Source: an uncultured Cytophagales bacterium
Lineage (GTDB): Bacteria > Bacteroidota > Bacteroidia > Cytophagales > Spirosomataceae
DNA length: 64,000 nucleotides
Direction of reading: 5' to 3'
NCBI GenBank assembly: GCA_963722505.1
Contig: CAVRMW010000008.1
Coordinates: 801,109 to 865,108, forward strand
Shown: positions 57,086-64,000 of the stretch, piece after piece
Layout: each line of letters starts with the position of its first letter
Position numbering within the stretch: position 1 is the first letter of the stretch
The notes under the pieces: model-generated
Seen by the model: only the letters and a program-made list of their open reading frames with translations
What the model was told of the DNA's origin: nothing
Database searches by the model: none
Position numbers and translations under genes: made by a program

Positions 57086-58765
57086 TTTGTTATTGGATTT
57101 ATAGCCGGGGCCTTTTACGAATTTTCCAGGAGTAGCGCCGGTGTGTTCACCGTTTTTCAAAACCGCAACACCGTTTACAAATACGTCAGAAACCCCAGTT
57201 GCGAATTGTTGAGGTTTGTCGTAGGTAGCCAAGTCTTTAACTTTGGCAGGATCAAAAATTACTATATCAGCGTAATAACCTACTTTAAGTTCTCCACGTT
57301 TTTTAAGTTTCAGGTTTGTTGCAGGTAATTTGGCAAGTTTATAAATGGCTTTTTCCAAAGACAATAATTTTTCGTCTCTCGAATACTGACCGATCACACG
57401 AATGAAATTTCCGTAAGCTCTTGGATGCGGTTGTGATTTAAGAAAAACACCTTCCGGCGTATAACTTCCTTCGTCAGATCCAAAACTTACCCACGGTAAA
57501 GCAACCTGTTTTTTGACATTTTCTTCATTCATTAAAAAGTAAGCAGCGCCAAGTCTTGTGCTGTCCTGTACGATAAGATCCATAGCCGTTTCCTCAGGAG
57601 ATTTACCTTTAATTCTGGCAATTTCTGCCAAAGTTTTTCCAGTATATTTTTTTAAAGAATCCTGCTTAAAACCAAGCAATAATACCTTTTCGGCAGATCC
57701 TGCCCCATAATAAAGATTTTCCCAATCAGTAGGATTTGTTTTCATCGCTTTCGCCATTTTTGCTCTGATCACAGGATCTTGTAAACGGAGCCATAATTTT
57801 CCAAAACCACCATCCTGCAATGACGGAGGAAATGACGAAGTAAGTCCTGTGGCGCCGGCTAGGTACGTGTACATATCAGCGGTAATGTGCAAACCTTCGG
57901 CCCTTGCTTTTTCAATCCGCTTGATCACGCCATCCATTTTCTTCCAATTATCTTTTCCGGCCGCTTTCAGGTGATAAATTTCCGCCGGAATATTAGCTTC
58001 CTTTGAAATTGTGATTAGTTCTTCAACAGCTTCATCCAGTTTATTTCCTTCACTGCGCATATGCGAAATATACATGCCGCCATGTTTAGAGGCTTCTTTG
58101 CATAAAGCGATCAGTTCCTGTGTATCAGCAAAAAAATCGGGAGGATAAATTAAAGAAGATCCCACACCCATAGCGCCTTCTTCCATCGCCGTTTTTACTA
58201 ATAATTGCATACTATCAAGTTCGGCTGGTGTGGCTTTGCGGTTATCTTCACCAACAACATAAGTACGTACCGTTCCTGCACCAATGAACGAAGCCACATT
58301 ACAGCTGATACCTTTCTTTTCCAAAAAACTGAGATATTCACCAAGGGTATTCCAATCGACTTTATATTTGATATCAACTTGCCCTTTTTGCAATTCAGAT
58401 TTCATTTTTGGATTCAACGGACCCATACTGGTACCCTCACCCATCACTTCCAGCGTTACTCCCTGACGGATATCACTCTGACTTCGACCATCCTGAATCA
58501 GGGATTCCGTTGTCCAGCTTAGCATATTAATAAAGCCAGGTGCAATTGCTTGTCCTTTTGCGTCTATTTCATTTTTAGCCGTTTCATTTTTCAGATCACC
58601 AATAAATGCGATAGTATCGGCATTAATTCCGATATCCGCGGTGAAAGGTTTTTTACCATTTCCATCGTAAATTGTTCCATTACGGATGATGGTTTCATAT
58701 TTGTTTTTTGAAGAACAAGAAAACAGGCAGGCGCATAAAAGGAGTGAAGATAGCAGATGTTTCAT
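57083..58765 (-). CDS. N-acyl-D-amino-acid deacylase family lipoprotein (amidohydrolase)
   Basis: Lipobox LFSC, IRNG.IYDG, APGFI, SHMRSEG, YHLK, GSD, PHPRAYG.F, ADIVIFDP. Confidence 0.9.
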   Translation of the reverse strand: MKHLLSSLLLCACLFSCSSKNKYETIIRNGTIYDGNGKKPFTADIGINADTIAFIGDLKNETAKNEIDAKGQAIAPGFINMLSWTTESLIQDGRSQSDIRQGVTLEVMGEGTSMGPLNPKMKSELQKGQVDIKYKVDWNTLGEYLSFLEKKGISCNVASFIGAGTVRTYVVGEDNRKATPAELDSMQLLVKTAMEEGAMGVGSSLIYPPDFFADTQELIALCKEASKHGGMYISHMRSEGNKLDEAVEELITISKEANIPAEIYHLKAAGKDNWKKMDGVIKRIEKARAEGLHITADMYTYLAGATGLTSSFPPSLQDGGFGKLWLRLQDPVIRAKMAKAMKTNPTDWENLYYGAGSAEKVLLLGFKQDSLKKYTGKTLAEIARIKGKSPEETAMDLIVQDSTRLGAAYFLMNEENVKKQVALPWVSFGSDEGSYTPEGVFLKSQPHPRAYGNFIRVIGQYSRDEKLLSLEKAIYKLAKLPATNLKLKKRGELKVGYYADIVIFDPAKVKDLATYDKPQQFATGVSDVFVNGVAVLKNGEHTGATPGKFVKGPGYKSNNK

Positions 58766-58860
58766 GAAGCTCAGGTTTAAGGAGTCAGGTCAGTTTTATC
58801 CAATTTAACTCAAATAACTTATTAGAAATCAATCTCTTGAAAAAGATTAGATTCTAACAA

Positions 58861-58898
58861 AAAAATCCCTCCAAACTTCTATGTTTAGAGGGATTTTT
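58861..58898 (-). terminator. Intrinsic terminator
   Basis: aaaaatccct...agggattttt hairpin with a T-run on the minus strand. Confidence 0.7.
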
Positions 58899-58914
58899 CG
58901 ATTTTGGAACTGGC

Positions 58915-60351
58915 TTAGCCTTTCACTTTGGTCGTTCCATAGGGTCCGCGTTGTGGTCTTGATAATGTTGCACTGGCTTCTTTATCACCAATAAAATCTT
59001 CTTTTTTAGGATCCCATTTCAGTTTTCTGCCAAGTTTCATAGCCGTATGAGCCAGAAGACAAGCAGTGCAGGAACGTTGGGCAATTTCGGCGTGACTTAT
59101 CGTTTGTTTGCCACTTTGAATACTTTCGATCCAGTTTTGGTGTTGTTCCGGACTTTCATATAAGTGAATTTCATTTTGTCCAATTACAGATCCCAGAATT
59201 TTCGGATCGCTGGCATAGAATGCTTTGTTCTCTTTTGCTGATTGTGCTGCGCCCGGATCGGAAGCTGTAACACCAACATTGCCACGAGAAACAAAAATCC
59301 AGCCTTCTGTTCCTTCAAATTTCACACCGTTCGGGTTAGTCCCGCCAATTTCCATTTCAACGCCGTTGGCATATTTTGAGTTGACTAAAAAGTCTCCGTG
59401 AACATCCCATAATCCTGAACCGGGAGCCGGGAATGTTGCCTTTCCTTCAATCTCAATAGGCCCGGTTAATTCGGTATCCATTCCCCAATGAGCGATATCA
59501 ATATGATGTGATCCCCAGCCTGTTATCATTCCGGCACCAAATTGTTCCAGACGCAGCCATCCCGGACGTTCATTTAGCATATCAGTCTGGGAATGTACGC
59601 GGTCCAGGGTATAATAAATATCTGGCGTTGATCCCAGCCACATATCGTAGTTCAGATTCGAAGGAACTGGCATTTTTGCAGGATTTCCTCCGGAAGGATC
59701 ACCGGGAAGTCCAACGTATACTTTTTTCAATTTCCCTATTCTTCCGTTTCGTACCAGTTCGCAAGTTCTTTTAAACTGAGGCCAAGGACTTATCGATCTT
59801 TGCTGACTTCCCAACTGGAAAATAACTTTTTTCTTGATAACCATATCAGCCATTTGTCTTCCTTCTCGAATTGTCAGGGAAGTTGGCTTTTGCATGTAAA
59901 TATGTTTTCCGGCTACTGCCGCTTCCATGGCTGGTTGCGCATGCCAGTGATCCGGCGTACTGATAATGACTGCGTCAATATCCTTTCTTGCCAGGATTTC
60001 GTGATAATCGTCATATGTTTTTACGTCCAGATAATTTGCTTTTCCGGTTCGTTCAGCGTATTTTTTTTCAATCCAGATTTTTCCTTGTGCCAAACGGTTT
60101 TTGTCAAGATCTGCTACGGCAATTACGTGCGCTGCTTCATTTTTTATGATTTCGGGTAAATCGTGCGAAGAGCCGATCCGGCCAAATCCGATTTGTCCGA
60201 TATTGATTTTATTACTTGGTGCATTTTTACCAAAAACGCTGGCTGGAACAATGGTTGGGAACATTGATGCGGCTATAATACCTGCGGTACCTGTTCCGGC
60301 AGTTTTCAGGAATGATCTTCTGCTTTGATTTTTTTCTTCTGAGTTATTCAT
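58915..60351 (-). CDS. Tat-exported Gfo/Idh/MocA oxidoreductase
   Basis: SRRSFLK twin-arginine signal, TPDHWH, QKP, YD.WLG, WGSHHID. Confidence 0.92.
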   Translation of the reverse strand: MNNSEEKNQSRRSFLKTAGTGTAGIIAASMFPTIVPASVFGKNAPSNKINIGQIGFGRIGSSHDLPEIIKNEAAHVIAVADLDKNRLAQGKIWIEKKYAERTGKANYLDVKTYDDYHEILARKDIDAVIISTPDHWHAQPAMEAAVAGKHIYMQKPTSLTIREGRQMADMVIKKKVIFQLGSQQRSISPWPQFKRTCELVRNGRIGKLKKVYVGLPGDPSGGNPAKMPVPSNLNYDMWLGSTPDIYYTLDRVHSQTDMLNERPGWLRLEQFGAGMITGWGSHHIDIAHWGMDTELTGPIEIEGKATFPAPGSGLWDVHGDFLVNSKYANGVEMEIGGTNPNGVKFEGTEGWIFVSRGNVGVTASDPGAAQSAKENKAFYASDPKILGSVIGQNEIHLYESPEQHQNWIESIQSGKQTISHAEIAQRSCTACLLAHTAMKLGRKLKWDPKKEDFIGDKEASATLSRPQRGPYGTTKVKG

Positions 60352-60388
60352 TGGATTTAGGATTTTAATGATGGATGAGATCCTGGTT

Positions 60389-60435
60389 CCATAGGGCGAT
60401 GCCCTATGTTAAGGTATGTCGGCCTTTCAGGCCTA
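60389..60435 (-). repeat. Single copy of the CCTGAAAGG double-hairpin repeat family
   Basis: Minus strand taggcctgaaaggccgacataccttaacatagggcatcgccctatgg; same layout as 56901 and 57085. Confidence 0.75.
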
Positions 60436-61273
60436 TTTCGTTCGGACTTCGTCTGATGGGGTTTTTGCGTAAGCTTTGCTGTAATTACGTGGTTTTTGTG
60501 GCCCGATTGCCCATTCAATTCCTCCGAGAATGTGTTTACGTAAATCTTCTTTTAAATAATCCTCTTTTTCGTGCCCGATGGAAGTGTAGAAAGCACGGCC
60601 TCCGTCATATTCATGCCACCAGACAGACGGAAATATATTTCCGAAAGTATCAAGTGCTTTTCCAGCAGGTTTTTGGATTGTAGTATGATCATTTACTGCC
60701 AGCACGTTCAGGTTTACGCTCATTTCTTTCAGAAAATAAAATTCATCTTTTTCACGATTCCATTTTTGAGGCAGATGTGAAAGTGCAGGATTTTTCGCAG
60801 TCAAGAATATTCACAGTAAAACTTTGTCCGGGTTCATGCCAGAAGAACGTTCCACCTAGCAAATTCTTAAACCATGTCCAGCTTCGTTCAGTACCACAAG
60901 CAGAATGCAAACCGACCAAATTTCCACCTGCCTGGATATACCGCATCAAGGCAACACGTTGTGCATCCGTATCAAAAACATCGTTATTGGTATTTGAGAA
61001 AACCAACGCATCATATTGTTTTAGGTTTTCATCTGTGAATTTTGAAGGGTCTTCGCTTGCATCAACCGTAAAGCCATACTGTTTCCCAAGGGCCTGAATC
61101 GCTTCAACGGAATTGGCAATATTGTCATGAATATAACCTTTCCCATTTTTGGTGTAAACCAGGATTTTAACCTTGTTCCACTTGATTTTTTGAGCTTGTG
61201 CCGGTAAGCTGAAAAATGCCAGGCAAAGTGCCAGCAGCAGACACGTTAATTTTTCAAAAACTGTTCTTTTCAT
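60433..61273 (-). CDS. ThuA domain-containing secreted protein, frameshifted
   Basis: ILVYTK..GY.H, YIQAGG..VG.HSA, DEFY, GGRAFYTSIGH. Confidence 0.88.
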
Positions 61274-61315
61274 TATTGAATCGTTGACTTTTGAATTATG
61301 GTTAGGAATATTTTA

Positions 61316-62107
61316 TCAAAATCCGATTGAGTTTCCGCCGTCCACGGGAAGCGAAACGCCGGTAATAAATTTTGCTGCATTGGATGCCAGGAATACCGCT
61401 GCCCAGCCTACATCGTCAGGTTTCCCCCAGATTCCCATGGGTGTGCGATCCATAGCTTTGTCTCTTCTTGAAGGATCGCCGTTCATGGCGGTTAACATCA
61501 TCGGAGTTTCTATAAATCCGGGTGCAACAGCATTGATTCTTACATTATAAGGTGAAAATTCTGTTGTTAACGCTTTTACCATTCCTCCAACAGCTGATTT
61601 GGATGCGGTATAAGCTACAACTCTATCGATCCCGTAAATGGCCGCCATGGAAGTGATCATGATAATTGAGCCGGATTTTCGTTCGATCATTCGTTTTCCA
61701 CATTCTCTTGTCATGGAAAAGACCGAGTATAAGTTTGTTTGTACAACTTTATCAAAATCTGCATCCGTTACTTCTACTGCAAACTTTTTCATATTGATTC
61801 CGGCGTTATTAACCAGAATATCAATCGGTCCGCATTTATCTTCAATTGCTTCAACAAGCGCCGGAATAGTTTCCAGTTGTGTAATGTCATTGACGAAATA
61901 AGTTGCTTTTGACCCTAACTTTTCCACGGCTTCCTGCAAGACAATTTCCCGGCGACCGGTAAGGACAACTTTTGCTCCGGCCTGCACCATACATTGCGCA
62001 ATGTGAAACCCGATTCCGCTTCCGCCGCCGGTAATGAGGGCTAATTTGCCTTCCAGTGAAAAAATTGCAGTCTGTGAGATTTCTTCTTTAAGAATTGATT
62101 CAGGCAT
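61316..62107 (-). CDS. SDR family oxidoreductase (gluconate 5-dehydrogenase/fructuronate reductase-like)
   Basis: TGGGSGIG, NNAG, Y.ASK, PG.I.T, VDGG. Confidence 0.88.
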   Translation of the reverse strand: MPESILKEEISQTAIFSLEGKLALITGGGSGIGFHIAQCMVQAGAKVVLTGRREIVLQEAVEKLGSKATYFVNDITQLETIPALVEAIEDKCGPIDILVNNAGINMKKFAVEVTDADFDKVVQTNLYSVFSMTRECGKRMIERKSGSIIMITSMAAIYGIDRVVAYTASKSAVGGMVKALTTEFSPYNVRINAVAPGFIETPMMLTAMNGDPSRRDKAMDRTPMGIWGKPDDVGWAAVFLASNAAKFITGVSLPVDGGNSIGF

Positions 62108-62172
62108 TTTATTGAAAAATATAGAATGACAAATTTGATAAGGGTACAAATTGATAAATCCGCGATGTTAAC

Positions 62173-64000
62173 TTAACGCATCTGATAAACGTCCGTGATC
62201 TTTTTTATTTCGGCTAAACTCCGTTCAGGTTTCAGGAACGGGGCCGGAATCGGCTGTTTTGAATATTCCTGAAAGTATAGAACACAGGCATCGCGCCACC
62301 AGATTGCTTCTCTTTGCTGAGCCAAAAGTCTCCCCGCTACATCTGCAAAGATTTCAGGATCAACGGAAGTTTTTACACTGTTCCATTGTTTCTGCATTTT
62401 AGACACCGATTCTGCTCCTGAGTAATAGCGAAAGCAAAGTTCATCCCAAAGTGTGCGTCCGGTCGAAAGTTTTTTGTCCCAGGCAACATGGTGAAACCAC
62501 AGAAGATAAGGCAGCGGACAAGTCTCAGTATTTTCGAATTGTTTTTGTACCTCCGGACTGTATTGTGCCAAAGCATTGCTGCCCGTTTTTGTTCTGTCAA
62601 AACCAATCCCTTTTGCATCTGCACGATGATAGTAAATTGCAGTCCAGTCTGGCCGTCCGCTTTTTTCGAGCCAGGGATGAGGACCAAAATGAAGACCCTG
62701 TCCCATTAAATGATGGAGCCCCAATGGCGTAGTGAAATTGACATAATTTTCTCTTGACTTGCCAAGCAGATCTGCGATTGTTTCAACAGATTTAGGATCT
62801 TTTGTCAAAGTCATTTTGATCCATTCATCGGCAATAGATTCGGAAGATAAAGTATAATCCCAGGCTAACCTGCCAAAAGCAAACCAGTTGGCCTGACTCA
62901 TTAAATGACCCGTCCAGTTACGATCCGAACCAGTATTGGCCACGCCGGCAATGGCTGTTTTTGTATATCCATGCAGACTTCCATCTATAACTTTTGAAAC
63001 CGTCGAACCTGTGCCATTTAAGTAAGTATCAGAATCCAGACATTCTTTGAAAAGTGGAGCGAGGTAAACCAGATTTGTAGAAAAGCCAAGATATTCCTGC
63101 GTGATCTGAAATTCCATTGCCAAAGGTGTTTTTGGCATCGCTCCAAACAGCGGACTAAATGGCTCACGCGGCTGAAAATCTATGGGACCGTTTTTAACCT
63201 GAACCATGACATTGGATTTAAATTGTCCATCCAATGGCTTAAATTCGTCATAAGCCGCTTTGAAACGATCCCCGTTTGCATCCGCTTTATAAACAAACGC
63301 ACGCCAGATCACTGTGCCCTGAAACGGGGATAAAGCTTCGGCCAACATATTAGCTCCGTCGGCATGGTTGCGTCCGTAATCCTGCGGTCCCGGTTCACCT
63401 TCTGAATTTGCTTTTACCAAAAAGCCGCCAAAGTCAGGAATGGCGGCGTAAATTTCTTTTGTTTTATCAATCCACCATTGTTTTACCTTTGGATCTAATG
63501 GGTCAGAAGTAGCTAATCCGCCCAGGATTTTTGGTGCTGCAAAATTGACCGACATAAAAACTTTAATTCCATAAGGACGGAAAACGTCTGCTAACGCCTG
63601 CACTTTTGGCAAATATTCCGGTGTTAAAAACCGTGCACTGGCGTTGACATTATTAACAACAGTACAGTTGATCCCGATGGAAGCATTGGCTCTCGCATAA
63701 TCTTTATATCTCGGATCGAGTGTTTCAGGTAATTCAAACCATTTCCAAAGTGACGAACCAGCATAACCGCGCTCGATAGTGCCCGTAGGATTGTCCCAGT
63801 GATTAAGCATGCGATACTGGATTTTGGGACTGGATGTTATATCAAGTTTGGTAAGTGATTTGCCGGTTTGCAGATGCCTGAGAAAAGCAAAACTGCCATA
63901 AAGTAATCCACGGTCAGTTTTTGCTGTGATTATAAAATTTTTCCCTTGCTGAAAAATATGATAACCTTCGTCGTTTGCAACTTTTTCAGTATCATCTTTT
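62173..64000 (-). CDS. aguA: Alpha-glucuronidase, GH67 (5' end beyond window)
   Basis: LNHWDN...IERGYAG, KANSEG.PGP, KNGPIDFQPREP, QITQEYLG, WFH; frame stays open to the window edge. Confidence 0.95.
   Translation of the reverse strand, partial: KDDTEKVANDEGYHIFQQGKNFIITAKTDRGLLYGSFAFLRHLQTGKSLTKLDITSSPKIQYRMLNHWDNPTGTIERGYAGSSLWKWFELPETLDPRYKDYARANASIGINCTVVNNVNASARFLTPEYLPKVQALADVFRPYGIKVFMSVNFAAPKILGGLATSDPLDPKVKQWWIDKTKEIYAAIPDFGGFLVKANSEGEPGPQDYGRNHADGANMLAEALSPFQGTVIWRAFVYKADANGDRFKAAYDEFKPLDGQFKSNVMVQVKNGPIDFQPREPFSPLFGAMPKTPLAMEFQITQEYLGFSTNLVYLAPLFKECLDSDTYLNGTGSTVSKVIDGSLHGYTKTAIAGVANTGSDRNWTGHLMSQANWFAFGRLAWDYTLSSESIADEWIKMTLTKDPKSVETIADLLGKSRENYVNFTTPLGLHHLMGQGLHFGPHPWLEKSGRPDWTAIYYHRADAKGIGFDRTKTGSNALAQYSPEVQKQFENTETCPLPYLLWFHHVAWDKKLSTGRTLWDELCFRYYSGAESVSKMQKQWNSVKTSVDPEIFADVAGRLLAQQREAIWWRDACVLYFQEYSKQPIPAPFLKPERSLAEIKKITDVYQMR

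Overview
AT-rich chromosomal window from a Bacteroidota bacterium. Gene content (SusC/SusD, T9SS cargo, DUF3857 pair, PspC-GIN fusion) suggests Cytophagales, Dyadobacter-like; this is inference. About half of the genes, including essential gltX, are split by single-base frameshifts, most likely long-read/assembly indels rather than real decay. Contents left to right: PspC/GIN genes, housekeeping genes (thioesterase, RidA, gltX, TIGR00266), a T9SS esterase, a SusC/SusD pair preceded by an ECF sigma and a truncated anti-sigma, a Gfo oxidoreductase, and a transglutaminase pair. Next is a ~24 kb imino-acid/peptide utilisation region (4-hydroxyproline operon, DUF885, APC permease, M28 and M61 peptidases, 5-oxoprolinase plus transporter, AraC) interrupted by a solo SF1 helicase, an Rpn nuclease and a GT-C gene. 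Then comes an AraC/TIM-barrel/Gfo/ThuA-propeller-cupredoxin sugar oxidation cluster interrupted by a Y1 (HUH) transposase with a one-sided array of 7+2 hairpin repeats, a D-aminoacylase-like gene, and the end of a GH67 glucuronate locus. Most notable: the Y1 TnpA with its CRISPR-looking REP array, a second repeat family with the same hairpin-linker-TAG geometry, and two pairs of duplicated operator/promoter sequences that tie each AraC to distant targets.
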